DNA of 64,000 bases from an uncultured Bacteroidales bacterium (GCA_963813405.1 CAWEYU010000015.1:37124-101123); one strand, 5' to 3'. Counted from the first letter of the stretch, positions 39,815 through 50,250 are shown. Program-made: numbers and translations. Notes: a model not told the origin generated them from the sequence alone.

Positions 39815-40913
39815 ACCTTTTGATCTTTAATCCAAGATCAAAAATGTATTTATCTGATGCAAAATCCTCATGAGCAGCAGGAGGGAGGTTAATTATCTCT
39901 CTGAATTCTTCAGCTGACCAGTCCAGCTTTTTAGCAATATATTCCAAATCGCCGAACAATTCGGATTCTGAATAGGAGTTTTCCTTCATCTTTTCCAGCG
40001 CCCTGTCACGTGTTAATTGTCCGGATATGATCAGACTGGAATAGTGCGCTCTCCTTTTGTCAAAGCCGAATTTGACAGGCAAATAGTAACTCTGAAAGAA
40101 TTTGGTAAATCTTGATTCAAAGTGTTTCTCGCCGTAATATTTCCAGCCTAACTCACTGTTTAAAACTTTAATAGCTTCTTCCTTCCGGTAGTCTATATAA
40201 TTCAATGGATTAATCACCTTCATCCTTTTTATGAATTTGAAATATATATACCTTTTAAAGAATGTAAGATGAGGGTATTCTTTTAACTTAGTATTCCCGA
40301 AGTGCTTATGGACCGACTTAATATGTCTGAAGTCCATTGCCTGATGTCCCCAGGCGTCGGGTAATATACTTTCAGTCGCAAAATTATATCCGTTTAATGC
40401 ATATTTAATATTATTGTCAACTGCAAATTTGTACAGTGCCGAAAAGATTGCATGATCCTGCGGAATATCCTGGTCAGGAAGGCTTGCTCTGAAGAACGAT
40501 CGCTGAAGAGACTTTATCTCTTCCCAGTTCACAACGAAAGTATGCAATTCGATATTAAGTATTTTGACTATGTTTTCAATGTTTTTCACAGCAAGTTCTG
40601 AATTCCAGCCACAATCCACATGAACCACAAGTGCTCTTAAACCAAGTTTGCGGGTCAGATAAGCCAGGTATGAACTGTCTATGCCACCACTCAGACCAAC
40701 TATACAGTCAAATTCATTATTTTTTTCTTCAATTTTGATCTTTTCAACGATTCTCTTCAGAATTTCTTCTCCCTTCTCGTCAGGAAACCAGATCTGTCCG
40801 GCCAGCTCAAGAGCAGTGTTACAATGATTGCAATTTCCATTTTTATCAAACGTAATGATTGGATCTGAAGTATCCATTATACATCTGTTGCATATCTGGT
40901 ATCGGTCTGTCAT
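39804..40913 (-). CDS. N-acetyl sugar amidotransferase (WbpG/PseA-like, PP-loop)
   Basis: CNRCIMD...CNHC, GLSGGIDSS, DIPQDHA, YGEKHFESRFT, and DKRRAHYS motifs. Confidence 0.9.
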   Translation of the reverse strand: MTDRYQICNRCIMDTSDPIITFDKNGNCNHCNTALELAGQIWFPDEKGEEILKRIVEKIKIEEKNNEFDCIVGLSGGIDSSYLAYLTRKLGLRALVVHVDCGWNSELAVKNIENIVKILNIELHTFVVNWEEIKSLQRSFFRASLPDQDIPQDHAIFSALYKFAVDNNIKYALNGYNFATESILPDAWGHQAMDFRHIKSVHKHFGNTKLKEYPHLTFFKRYIYFKFIKRMKVINPLNYIDYRKEEAIKVLNSELGWKYYGEKHFESRFTKFFQSYYLPVKFGFDKRRAHYSSLIISGQLTRDRALEKMKENSYSESELFGDLEYIAKKLDWSAEEFREIINLPPAAHEDFASDKYIFDLGLKIKRFIS

Positions 40914-40920
40914 ATTTATC

Positions 40921-41682
40921 TTAATCAAATAATGCTGATATTTCAGAGTAAGATGGATAAGTTATAAGTACTGCCCGTCTTTTTCCATGAAAAACAAAAA
41001 AGCTTCCGGCAGCAACGGCAGATGCTCCGCCAAGTTGAATTGCAGTCCTGAAATCGTCTAGTTTTCCTGCTCCGCCACAAGCTATTACCGGGATTTTAAC
41101 AGCACCTGAGACTTTTTTAATCAGGTCAATGTCATATCCTTCCATAACTCCATCCCTGTCAATAGAATTAATAAATATTTCTCCTGCTCCTGCAGCTTCC
41201 ATTTCTCTGGCATATTCAACAGGGTTTTTACCGGTATTTTTGGTTCCGCCTTTTATATATACAGAATAACTTTCGAATAATCCTTTTTTAACATCTATTG
41301 ATACCACAATTGTCGAACTTCCAAACAGGTCGACAGCCTCTCTTACGAAGGTTTTTTGCAGAAAAGCCTGTGAATTAATTACGATTTTTTCTGCTCCCGA
41401 CTTTATGATTTTTTCAATTTGAGCCAGAGACTGGATACCTCCGCCGTAGGCGAATGGCATAAAGCATTCACTGGCAATATTTGAGATTAACTCGAAGGAA
41501 GGTTCTTTACGATTTCTGGAGGCATCGATATCGAGGAAAATAAGTTCATCCACCTCTTTTTCGTTAAATATTTTAACGGCATTAATAGGATCTCCGATAT
41601 AAACCGATTCTTTAAACTTCACCGTTTTTACCAATCCGTTGTTTCTCAGCAACAGGCAAGGAATAATTCTCTTAATTCTCAT
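40921..41682 (-). CDS. HisF paralog (AglZ/WbuZ-type acetamidino modification protein)
   Basis: RIIPCLL, YIGDPINAVKIFNEKEVDEL, and the C-terminal RAVLITYP typical of glycan-associated paralogs. Confidence 0.88.
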   Translation of the reverse strand: MRIKRIIPCLLLRNNGLVKTVKFKESVYIGDPINAVKIFNEKEVDELIFLDIDASRNRKEPSFELISNIASECFMPFAYGGGIQSLAQIEKIIKSGAEKIVINSQAFLQKTFVREAVDLFGSSTIVVSIDVKKGLFESYSVYIKGGTKNTGKNPVEYAREMEAAGAGEIFINSIDRDGVMEGYDIDLIKKVSGAVKIPVIACGGAGKLDDFRTAIQLGGASAVAAGSFFVFHGKRRAVLITYPSYSEISALFD

Positions 41683-41683
41683 A

Positions 41684-42298
41684 CTAATAAAGATCAACAA
41701 AGTTTTTTAAGAGCTTCATTCCAAACTTGTGACTCTTTTCCGGATGAAATTGAACTCCCAGTACATTATCTTTTTCAATTGCTGACGTAAACTCGATCTC
41801 ATATCTTGTTGATGTCAGAATATCGGAAGGATCATTGGCTTTGAAAAAGTAGGAATGGACAAAATAGAAACGTGGATCCGGATACATTCCGTCAAAAAGC
41901 CGGCTTTCTTTTTTAACGGATATAAAGTTCCATCCCATGTGAGGAATTTTATATTCAGAAGTATTGATGAATTTGAATCGTATTGTTTCAGCGTTTATCC
42001 AACCTAATCCGGGTAAAATCCCCTCTTCACTTTTGCCAGATAATAGCTGCATTCCGAGACATATCCCTAACACAGGAACTTTATCAATGAGGACCTTATG
42101 GTTTAGAATGTCAATAAGGTTAAGATCTTTCAGATTTTTCATACCAGTATCAAATGCACCAACTCCCGGCAAAATAAGTTTTGTTGCTTTTGAAATATCA
42201 TTTTCATTTGAAGTGATGAGGGAGTCCTCACCAATCTTCTTTAACATGTTTCGGATTGAACCGATATTTCCTGTTTTATAATCAATAATCGTCAGCAT
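41684..42298 (-). CDS. hisH: HisH-like class I glutamine amidotransferase (glycan-associated paralog)
   Basis: LPGVG, GICLGMQ, PHMGWN, YFVHSY, and QFHPEKS motifs. Confidence 0.88.
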   Translation of the reverse strand: MLTIIDYKTGNIGSIRNMLKKIGEDSLITSNENDISKATKLILPGVGAFDTGMKNLKDLNLIDILNHKVLIDKVPVLGICLGMQLLSGKSEEGILPGLGWINAETIRFKFINTSEYKIPHMGWNFISVKKESRLFDGMYPDPRFYFVHSYFFKANDPSDILTSTRYEIEFTSAIEKDNVLGVQFHPEKSHKFGMKLLKNFVDLY

Positions 42299-42397
42299 GC
42301 TGTAAAGTTAATTTTTTATTTTTGACTCTGTTTTAAAAACCTTTTGTAACTTCATTTCATAATTTTTCTTCTCTTTCAATTTCAAACATATCTAGTC

Positions 42398-44539
42398 ATG
42401 AAAAGCCCGAATATTCTGATGACCATTATGCTGGCTGTCTTGGTGTTTGCCTGCAGCACTCAGCCGACTGTCAAACCACCCGTTGCTGAAAAAATTCCGC
42501 ATGAACTTTTCGACAAGCGTAATGACAACTATTTCTGGATGAGGCTTAGTGATGCACAGAAAAATGCAGCTATTCCAGACGAGCAGACAAAAAAAGTACT
42601 TGATTATCTAAATAAAGAAAATGAATATGCAAAATTTATTTTGAAAGGTACAGATTCATTGCAAAAGATCATTTATAATGAGATAGTCGGAAGGATGAAA
42701 CAAAATGATGAAACAGTCCCATATCTTGATAATGGCTACTATTATTATAATAAGTTCTTTCAGGGGAAAGAATATCCTGTATATTATCGTAAGAGAGGCT
42801 CGCTTAATGCTCCAGATGAATTATTGCTGGATGTGAACAAAATTGCCGAAGGTAAGAATTACTGTTCTGTAACCGGAGTAAATGTATCACGGGATAATAA
42901 GATACTTGTATATGGAGTCGATTTTGTAAGCAGACGCCGGTATACGCTCAATTTTATAAATCTTGCGACAGGGCAACCACTGCCGGAAGTAATTGAAAAT
43001 ACTACTGGACAATCGGTTTGGGCTGCAGATAATAAAACAGTTTTTTATACTGTAAAAGACAATGAAACGCTCAGGGCCAGCGAAGTATACCGTCATGAAC
43101 TGGGATCACGTGTCAATAAAGATGTTCAGGTATATAAGGAAAGTGATGAGACATTCAGTCTGTTTCTCACCGAAACAAAAAGCAGAAAATATATTCTGAT
43201 CAATTCAAGGCAGACTCTGACAACGGAATCAAGGTATCTCGAAGCATCAAAACCTGACGGTGATTTTAAGATCTTTGAACCGCGAAAAGTGAATCATGAA
43301 TATATGGTGGATCATCTGGGTTCAACCTTTTATATAAGGACTAATGCAGACAGTGCATCCAATTTTAAGCTGATGAAAACAGCAGATAACAAGACATCTA
43401 AAGAAAACTGGGTGAATGTTATCCCTCACAGGAAAGATGTGCTTCTTGAGGATTTTGAAGTGTTCAATAATTATCTGGTCACAAGTGAAAGGATCAAAGG
43501 GCTTAATAACCTGCGGATTATAAACACAGGAGATAAAAGTGAACACTATCTTGACTTTGGTGAGGAGACCTATACTTCAGCGCTGAATATAAACCCTAAC
43601 CCTGGAACCGACTTCTTGCGGTATAGTTTTTCGTCGCTCACAACACCAAATTCCATTATAGACTATAATATGAAGACCAGGGAAAAGAAGGTTCTGAAGC
43701 AGGATGAAGTTCTTGGGGGATTTGATAAGAATAATTACGAATCAAAGCGTTTATGGGCGAAAGCCGGTGACGGCACAGAGGTGCCAATATCACTTGTTTA
43801 CAGGAAAGGTTTTGTCCAGGATGGGAAAGCACCATTATTGCTTTATGGATATGGATCTTATGGAAGCTCAACAGATCCGGGTTTCCGGTCAAATATCATC
43901 AGCCTGCTCGACAGGGGATTTGTTTTTGCAATTGCGCATGTAAGAGGAGGAAGCGAAATGGGGCGCTCTTGGTATGAAGATGGCAAACTTCTTAGAAAGA
44001 AAAACACATTTACTGATTTCAATGATTGCGCACAATTTCTTATAAACGAAAAATATACAGGTATAAAAACTCTGTTTGCAAATGGTGGAAGTGCCGGTGG
44101 CTTACTAATGGGCGCAATTATAAATTTGAAACCGGAATTATACAGGGGCATTATTGCTGCAGTACCTTTTGTTGACGTTGTGACAACAATGCTTGATTCT
44201 TCTATACCTTTAACAACCTTTGAATGGGATGAATGGGGAGATCCGCGGAAGAAAGAATACTATGAATATATGTTATCATATTCACCTTATGATCAGGTCA
44301 AGAAACAGTCATATCCCAATATGATCGTTACAACTGGTTTCTGGGATTCTCAGGTCCAATATTGGGAACCTGCAAAATGGGTTGCAAAGCTTCGTGACAT
44401 GAAGACTGATAAAAATATCCTGGTAATGGAATGCAATATGACAGCCGGACACGGAGGTGCATCAGGCAGGTTTGAAAGATACCGGATAACTGCCTTGCAA
44501 TATGCATTTATTCTTGATCTTGCTGGTATAAAGAAGTAA
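42398..44539 (+). CDS. ptrB: Oligopeptidase B (S9A), probable lipoprotein
   Basis: DNYFWMR, GGSAGG nucleophile, DSQVQYWEPAKW, and GHGGASGR; lipobox VFAC. Confidence 0.92.
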   Translation: MKSPNILMTIMLAVLVFACSTQPTVKPPVAEKIPHELFDKRNDNYFWMRLSDAQKNAAIPDEQTKKVLDYLNKENEYAKFILKGTDSLQKIIYNEIVGRMKQNDETVPYLDNGYYYYNKFFQGKEYPVYYRKRGSLNAPDELLLDVNKIAEGKNYCSVTGVNVSRDNKILVYGVDFVSRRRYTLNFINLATGQPLPEVIENTTGQSVWAADNKTVFYTVKDNETLRASEVYRHELGSRVNKDVQVYKESDETFSLFLTETKSRKYILINSRQTLTTESRYLEASKPDGDFKIFEPRKVNHEYMVDHLGSTFYIRTNADSASNFKLMKTADNKTSKENWVNVIPHRKDVLLEDFEVFNNYLVTSERIKGLNNLRIINTGDKSEHYLDFGEETYTSALNINPNPGTDFLRYSFSSLTTPNSIIDYNMKTREKKVLKQDEVLGGFDKNNYESKRLWAKAGDGTEVPISLVYRKGFVQDGKAPLLLYGYGSYGSSTDPGFRSNIISLLDRGFVFAIAHVRGGSEMGRSWYEDGKLLRKKNTFTDFNDCAQFLINEKYTGIKTLFANGGSAGGLLMGAIINLKPELYRGIIAAVPFVDVVTTMLDSSIPLTTFEWDEWGDPRKKEYYEYMLSYSPYDQVKKQSYPNMIVTTGFWDSQVQYWEPAKWVAKLRDMKTDKNILVMECNMTAGHGGASGRFERYRITALQYAFILDLAGIKK

Positions 44540-44595
44540 GTTTTTGCCCCTATCCATTTATTGAACCCATGCTCTCTCATAGGGGGAATTTTTTC

Positions 44596-44621
44596 TACTT
44601 TTGTCTTTTGTCTTTTGTCTT
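44596..44621 (+). repeat. -7 box TACTTTTG overlapped by a (CTTTTGT)x3 heptamer array before mutS2
   Basis: ta cttttgt cttttgt cttttgt ctt. Confidence 0.7.
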
Positions 44622-44624
44622 ATT

Positions 44625-47096
44625 ATGATTTACCCTGAAAACTTTGAAATAAAGACAGGATTTGACCGGATCAGAAACCTTCTGGCGGAAAGATGCCTGA
44701 GCCCAATGGGGCTCGGACTGGTTAACAATATGAGTTATCTGACCGATAGAGAAACAGTAATTCATGAACTATCCAGGACATCTGAATTTCAGCATCTTCT
44801 GAAGTTTGAGGATGGCTTTCCTTCAGATAATTATTATAATATAACGGATTGTCTTAATAAGATAAGGATTGAAGGAACTTTTCCGGAAGTTCAGGAACTT
44901 TTCGACCTGAAACGATCACTTGAAACAGTAAAAGTGATCCTGAATTTCTTCAGAATGAGGGAGGAGACAAAATACCCTGTTCTTATCTCAATTTGTGGAA
45001 AAGTAAAATTATATCCTTATGTCATCGACTCTATTGACAGGATAATCGACAAGCATGGAGTTATAAGGGACAGTGCATCAGGCAGGTTGAAAGTGATCCG
45101 CAGTGAACTCACATCCAAAAGCCTCCTGGTATCAAAGAGACTTAATGCTATCCTGAAACACGCCCAGGCAGAAGGTTTTGTAGATCAGGATATTTCACCC
45201 TCTGTAAGGAACGGGAGAGGGGTGATCCCGGTAAACGCCTATGACAAAAAGAAGATAAAAGGTCTTATCCACGATCAGTCAGCTTCGGGGAAAACTGTAT
45301 ACATAGAGCCCTCGGAAATAGTTGAGATAAATAATGAGATAGTAGAGCTCGAATATGAGGAACGAAGGGAGATTGTGAGAATATTGATAGCTTTTGCTGA
45401 TAATATCCGTCCTTACATCGACGACCTTATTATCTCAAATCAGTTTCTCGGTGAAATTGATTTTATAAGAGCTAAAGCTTTGCTGGGCAATCAGTTAAAC
45501 TCCATAAAACCTGCAATTTCAGATGAGCCTCATATTTACTGGCGTAAAGCTGTGCACCCGCTTCTCTTCCTGGCTTTTCAAAAAACTCCGGGCAGAAAAG
45601 TTGTACCCCTTGACATAGTTCTCGATGAAAGAAACAGGTTGCTTCTGATTTCGGGTCCCAATGCAGGGGGCAAATCGGTCTGTCTTAAAACCGTAGGACT
45701 TTTACAATATATGTTGCAATGTGGATTGACTATTCCGGTTTACGAGGGATCCGAATCAGCCATATTTAAAAATATATTCATAGACATTGGCGATGAACAA
45801 AGCATAGATAATGATCTTAGTACTTATAGTTCGCATCTTCTCAATATGAAGTATTTTCTCAGGCACGCTTCCTCAGAAACACTTATTCTTATAGATGAAT
45901 TTGGAACCGGAACTGAGCCAATGCTTGGAGGATCGATTGCAGAAGCCATTTTGGGTGAACTGAATAAGCTTAAAGTATTCGGAGTGCTGACTACTCATTA
46001 TACCAACCTGAAGCATTTTGCGTCTATCACTGAAGGAATTACAAATGGTGCAATGGCATTTGATAATCATAGGATGCAACCTTTATTCGAACTACAAATA
46101 GGAAAACCCGGAAGTTCTTTTGCATTTGAAATTGCAAGAAAGATCGGGCTTCCTGAAGATATACTGAATATTGCATCTGAAAAGGCAGGTGTAAAAAACA
46201 TTAATTATGACAGGCATCTGAAGGATATAGCCAGGGACAAGAGGTACTGGGAGAATAAGAGGCAAAACATCAGGCAGCATGAAAAGCAGCTTGAGGAGCT
46301 TATTGAAAACTATGAGAAGGAACTTTCGGAGGCCAGATCAGTCAGAAAGGAGATAATTTCCAAAGCAAAGGATGAAGCTAAAACAATCCTTAGTGAATCG
46401 AACAAAATAATAGAAAATACTGTACGTCAGATAAAAGAGGTCCAGGCAGAAAAGGAAAAAACGAAACAAATAAGACTTCAGCTCGATGAATTTAAATCGG
46501 CTTTTACAAAAGAATCACCTCCAGTTGAAACACGATCAGAAAAGAAGGTTTCCGAGTTAAAGATCAAGGTTAAAAAACTTAAGCAAAACCAGCCTCCAAA
46601 AGAGAAGGCGGCTGAAAAAGCTGACGAGAGACCGTTAAAACCGGGAGATCCTGTCAGAATGAAAGATACACTTGCTGCAGGGGAGGTTATTAAAATCAGG
46701 GAAGGATTGGTTCAGGTTGAGACTGGAAATCTGACGATCTTTGTACCGGTTGATAAAATTGAAAGGATAAGCAGATCGGAATTAAAAAAGAGTACCAGGT
46801 CTTCACAAAGCAATGAGTTCCAAAGTGAGATAAACCAGAAGAAAATGAGATTCAAGCCTGAAATTGATATCCGGGGTGTAAGGGGAGAGGAGGCAATTGG
46901 GCAGGTAAGAGATCTGATTGATAACGCAGTGATAGTACAGTATAAAAACCTGCGGATACTTCATGGGAAAGGGAATGGTATATTACGTCAGCTTGTAAGA
47001 GAATATCTTGCCACTGTTGATGTGGTGAAGTCATTCCGGGACGAACATATCGAGTTTGGCGGATCTGGTATTACAGTGGTTGAGATGGATTTTTAA
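44625..47096 (+). CDS. mutS2: Endonuclease MutS2 with C-terminal Smr domain
   Basis: SGPNAGGKS, DIGDEQSI, DEFGTGTEP, TTHY, and Smr motif DIRG...LHGKGNGILR. Confidence 0.95.
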   Translation: MIYPENFEIKTGFDRIRNLLAERCLSPMGLGLVNNMSYLTDRETVIHELSRTSEFQHLLKFEDGFPSDNYYNITDCLNKIRIEGTFPEVQELFDLKRSLETVKVILNFFRMREETKYPVLISICGKVKLYPYVIDSIDRIIDKHGVIRDSASGRLKVIRSELTSKSLLVSKRLNAILKHAQAEGFVDQDISPSVRNGRGVIPVNAYDKKKIKGLIHDQSASGKTVYIEPSEIVEINNEIVELEYEERREIVRILIAFADNIRPYIDDLIISNQFLGEIDFIRAKALLGNQLNSIKPAISDEPHIYWRKAVHPLLFLAFQKTPGRKVVPLDIVLDERNRLLLISGPNAGGKSVCLKTVGLLQYMLQCGLTIPVYEGSESAIFKNIFIDIGDEQSIDNDLSTYSSHLLNMKYFLRHASSETLILIDEFGTGTEPMLGGSIAEAILGELNKLKVFGVLTTHYTNLKHFASITEGITNGAMAFDNHRMQPLFELQIGKPGSSFAFEIARKIGLPEDILNIASEKAGVKNINYDRHLKDIARDKRYWENKRQNIRQHEKQLEELIENYEKELSEARSVRKEIISKAKDEAKTILSESNKIIENTVRQIKEVQAEKEKTKQIRLQLDEFKSAFTKESPPVETRSEKKVSELKIKVKKLKQNQPPKEKAAEKADERPLKPGDPVRMKDTLAAGEVIKIREGLVQVETGNLTIFVPVDKIERISRSELKKSTRSSQSNEFQSEINQKKMRFKPEIDIRGVRGEEAIGQVRDLIDNAVIVQYKNLRILHGKGNGILRQLVREYLATVDVVKSFRDEHIEFGGSGITVVEMDF

Positions 47097-47102
47097 GTTG
47101 GA

Positions 47103-47588
47103 TTAAAGACCTGGTGCAGGTTGTGGTTTTGCTTTAGGGAGTTTCCCTTCAATAATTGGAATTATTATTCTGAATTTCTCAATCTCTTTAAGTCTCACTG
47201 CTTCATCGGCTTCATCAACCTTGCTCCATTTTGAAGCCCTGTCAATACTGTCGGCCTGAATTCTCAGTCTCTTTGCCTGCAGTTCCTCAGTAGTATAAAA
47301 CGGTTTCATCTTTTCATCCAGTGCATTCTCAGCCTCCCTCATTTTCCGATATAACACCTGCATATCATTCGAAGAGGGCAAATGAGGTTCCAGATCTTTG
47401 TTAAGTATTTCTGACGCTATCTTAAGCTGAAGTTTCCAGAATTTATTTTGCTGAACCAGGGCCCTGGCTTTATTTACAAGACCTTCGACCCTGCCTTTTT
47501 CATTAACTACAACTGCATGTGGCTTAGAGAAATAAAAATAAGTACCCAGAATTACGACTACAATAAAAATCAATACTATTCTGTACAT
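47103..47588 (-). CDS. Hypothetical membrane-anchored helical protein
   Basis: N-terminal TM helix and charged helical body; no family recognised. Confidence 0.65.
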   Translation of the reverse strand: MYRIVLIFIVVVILGTYFYFSKPHAVVVNEKGRVEGLVNKARALVQQNKFWKLQLKIASEILNKDLEPHLPSSNDMQVLYRKMREAENALDEKMKPFYTTEELQAKRLRIQADSIDRASKWSKVDEADEAVRLKEIEKFRIIIPIIEGKLPKAKPQPAPGL

Positions 47589-47652
47589 CTAGTTTTTTCT
47601 ATTTAATGTTTTTCGTACGGACTCAAAAGTAGGAATACTTTGTCCAAAACAA

Positions 47653-47685
47653 AAATCCGCAGGCAGATTAACGCACCGCGGATTT
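47653..47685 (-). terminator. Intrinsic terminator after the cupredoxin gene
   Basis: Minus-strand stem AAATCCGCGG...CTGCGGATTT followed by a T-rich tail. Confidence 0.6.
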
Positions 47686-47720
47686 AATATGATTAAAAAA
47701 AATCGTGGAATGACCCGGTA

Positions 47721-48107
47721 TTATTGCACAATAATTTTCCCGGTCATAAATGGGTGAATAGTGCAATAATAATCATAAGTACCTGCTGATGTGAAAGTAA
47801 AGCTGTATGTTCCGTTGGTATTTAATGTTCCGCTGTTAAACACACCAGTAGTGCTGCTGACATCATGTGCCATAGGGTCTTTGTTTGTCCATGTTACAGA
47901 AGTATTAACGGCAACGGTCAACGTGGCAGGACTGAATGCAGAACCTGAGATAGATACTGCATTTCCACTTCCTGGCCCGGGACTTGGAGCTGGATTAGAA
48001 GAATATCCACTGGAAGCCTTTGAGCAGCTTACAACTAAGACAAGTACCAATATTTTAACAGGAATTAAAATATAGGCAAGGTTTGTTAATCTTTTAATTG
48101 TTTTCAT
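47721..48107 (-). CDS. Cupredoxin (plastocyanin/amicyanin-like blue copper) lipoprotein
   Basis: Type-1 Cu ligands H (MAHDV) and YYCTIHPFM (C-x2-H-x2-M); lipobox VVSC; likely start 48107. Confidence 0.88.
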   Translation of the reverse strand: MKTIKRLTNLAYILIPVKILVLVLVVSCSKASSGYSSNPAPSPGPGSGNAVSISGSAFSPATLTVAVNTSVTWTNKDPMAHDVSSTTGVFNSGTLNTNGTYSFTFTSAGTYDYYCTIHPFMTGKIIVQ

Positions 48108-48272
48108 ATTGATATGTATATATGTTGATACATAAACAACTGAAACGCGATTTTGTTGATGTGCCAGTGAGATATTGTCAGGATCGTCTTTCCCGTTGAT
48201 CGCAAGATCTTTAAGGTTCAATCCGGGTTCTAAAAGATAGAAGCTGGCCGCGACTGTTTTCTACATATAAAT

Positions 48273-49271
48273 CTATCTCGACCGTATCTCCCTTCTCATA
48301 AAAGAATAATACGACAGTGCGAAACACAAAATTGTTGCAGCGATGAGTCCGGTAACCTGCGGCCAGACGAGCAACAGACTCTGTCCAAGTGGTAATGGAC
48401 CGGGCACTGTACCAATAACCTGCTCCATTGTAAGGGGACCTAGGCTACGAACCGATGGCATCAGGAGAGTAGTTGTTGCATCACTGAACAGCTGATTTGG
48501 CATAAAGCGCATCAAAGTCATTCTTAGTTCCTCAAAATTGATAATCGCTTTTTCGGGGGCGAACCCCGGAGGTGCAATGCCCTTTGTAATCAAATTAATT
48601 ATCATGCCGTAGAATACCAGAAAGAACAGCCAGACTGAAATACCTGATAATGCAGATGTTGCAGGCTGACGGAAAAGCACAGAAAAAAGGATTGAAAGAT
48701 TTAACCAGAATGCGACATATAGTATGCTGAGTAAGATAAAGAAAATGACCCGCATAAACTCTTCCGGTGTTGGTGGAATACCTATTATTATAATACCGAG
48801 TCCCATAACCAGGAAACCAAGTGCAAAGAACATTACACTGATCACACTCAAAGAGGCAATAAATTTAGCATTAAGTATATAGTCGCGGTACACCGGTTGA
48901 GCCAGCAAGTGGCTGAGTGTTCCATTATTGTGTTCGGAATTTATAGCGTCAAATCCCAGGCTGATACCAAGCAGAGGTCCAAGAAAACTTATAAAGACAA
49001 AGAATGATGGCAGAGTGCCGTCTGATATTGTAAAAAGTTTCAGAAAAAAGAAAGTTCCTTCAGGATCATTCGGCTTAACAGCTTGTCCGATGTTAGTTAG
49101 CGCAGTGTATAGAGAACCAATGCATGTAAGAGAAATTATTGCAAGCAGAATTATAAATCGCCAGCTCCTGACATGATCCGAAATTTCTTTATTAATTATC
49201 ACACTAAAGGGACTTGGGGTCCTCTCTTCCATTTTGAACCATTTTAACGTAAGGCTTTTCGTTTTATTCAT
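48273..49271 (-). CDS. ABC-2 type permease
   Basis: LGFDAINSEHNNGTLSHLLAQPVYR...AKF motif; multiple TM helices; AAGGAGGT 7 nt before the ATG at 49271. Confidence 0.9.
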   Translation of the reverse strand: MNKTKSLTLKWFKMEERTPSPFSVIINKEISDHVRSWRFIILLAIISLTCIGSLYTALTNIGQAVKPNDPEGTFFFLKLFTISDGTLPSFFVFISFLGPLLGISLGFDAINSEHNNGTLSHLLAQPVYRDYILNAKFIASLSVISVMFFALGFLVMGLGIIIIGIPPTPEEFMRVIFFILLSILYVAFWLNLSILFSVLFRQPATSALSGISVWLFFLVFYGMIINLITKGIAPPGFAPEKAIINFEELRMTLMRFMPNQLFSDATTTLLMPSVRSLGPLTMEQVIGTVPGPLPLGQSLLLVWPQVTGLIAATILCFALSYYSFMRREIRSR

Positions 49272-50250
49272 GATCTGTACCTCCTTCGAAATAACGATAA
49301 TAAATATCATCAAGTCCGTATTCATTCTTTATCAGATGATCCAGCCCGGCTCCCGATTCAATTATCAGCTTTGCGATTTCATTAGTTGTATCTCGTGAAG
49401 ATTCGATATGCAATATATTGTCCTTAATGCTGACTGCAACAATACCATCAATATTGCGGATCTTCTCTGCCAGCACTACCGGGGTCTGTTGAATATGTGA
49501 AAGTTCAGAATCATCATTATAAACCTGAGTAAAACCGGCTTCAATTATAAAAGGGCTTTTAGAAAATAGTTTTTTCGACAATGTCAGAATATCACCCTCG
49601 GCAAGAAGCTTACCTTGAACAAATAGTCCGACTCGGTCACAGACCTGTTGCACCTGATGCAGGTCATGCGAAGAAAAAAGAACTGTCAGACCTTCATCCC
49701 TGCTCAGTTTTACGATCAGGTTCAGAAACTCACGGACTCCGGTAGGATCGATACCCAATGTTGGTTCATCAAGGATAATTACTTCCGGATTTTTTATCAA
49801 TACATCAGCGAGTCCAAGACGCTGAAGCATTCCGCGTGAATACTTTCCCGTATTTTTATTACCTGTGTCTGATAAACCAACCCTCTCAAGAAGTTGTTCC
49901 GCTTTCAGCAGCGCCTCCCGGGGGGAAATACTGTTTAGTTGAGCGGTAAATAGAAGGTTTTCCAAACCATTGCGATTATGGTAAAACCCAACATTTTCTG
50001 GCAGATAACCTACTTTCCTCTTAACTTCGATTGGATTTCTTGTTGGATCTATATCACAAACTCTTACTGAACCTGATGTTGGTTCAGTCAATCCAAGCAT
50101 CATCAGGATGGTGGTCGATTTACCGGCGCCATTCGGGCCAAGTAATCCAAATATTTCTCCCTTCCTGATAGACAGGTTCAGCTGGTCAACTGCCGTAACC
50201 GGTCCATACTTCTTAGTCAGATCAATCAGTTCGATGATATTTGCGGCCAC
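49264..50250 (-). CDS. ABC transporter ATP-binding protein
   Basis: GPNGAGKST, YSRGMLQRLG, and LDEPTLGID motifs; GTG start preceded by AAGGAGGT. Confidence 0.93.
   Translation of the reverse strand: MAANIIELIDLTKKYGPVTAVDQLNLSIRKGEIFGLLGPNGAGKSTTILMMLGLTEPTSGSVRVCDIDPTRNPIEVKRKVGYLPENVGFYHNRNGLENLLFTAQLNSISPREALLKAEQLLERVGLSDTGNKNTGKYSRGMLQRLGLADVLIKNPEVIILDEPTLGIDPTGVREFLNLIVKLSRDEGLTVLFSSHDLHQVQQVCDRVGLFVQGKLLAEGDILTLSKKLFSKSPFIIEAGFTQVYNDDSELSHIQQTPVVLAEKIRNIDGIVAVSIKDNILHIESSRDTTNEIAKLIIESGAGLDHLIKNEYGLDDIYYRYFEGGTDHE

Noticed and set aside
40921..42298. Histidine biosynthesis operon
   Set aside because: No other his genes are present; linkage to the sugar amidotransferase and the paralog-type C-terminus point to glycan modification.
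44547..44585. CCCCTAT...ATAGGGG hairpin after ptrB
   Set aside because: The 7-bp stem has a long loop; plausible as a terminator but too weak to call.
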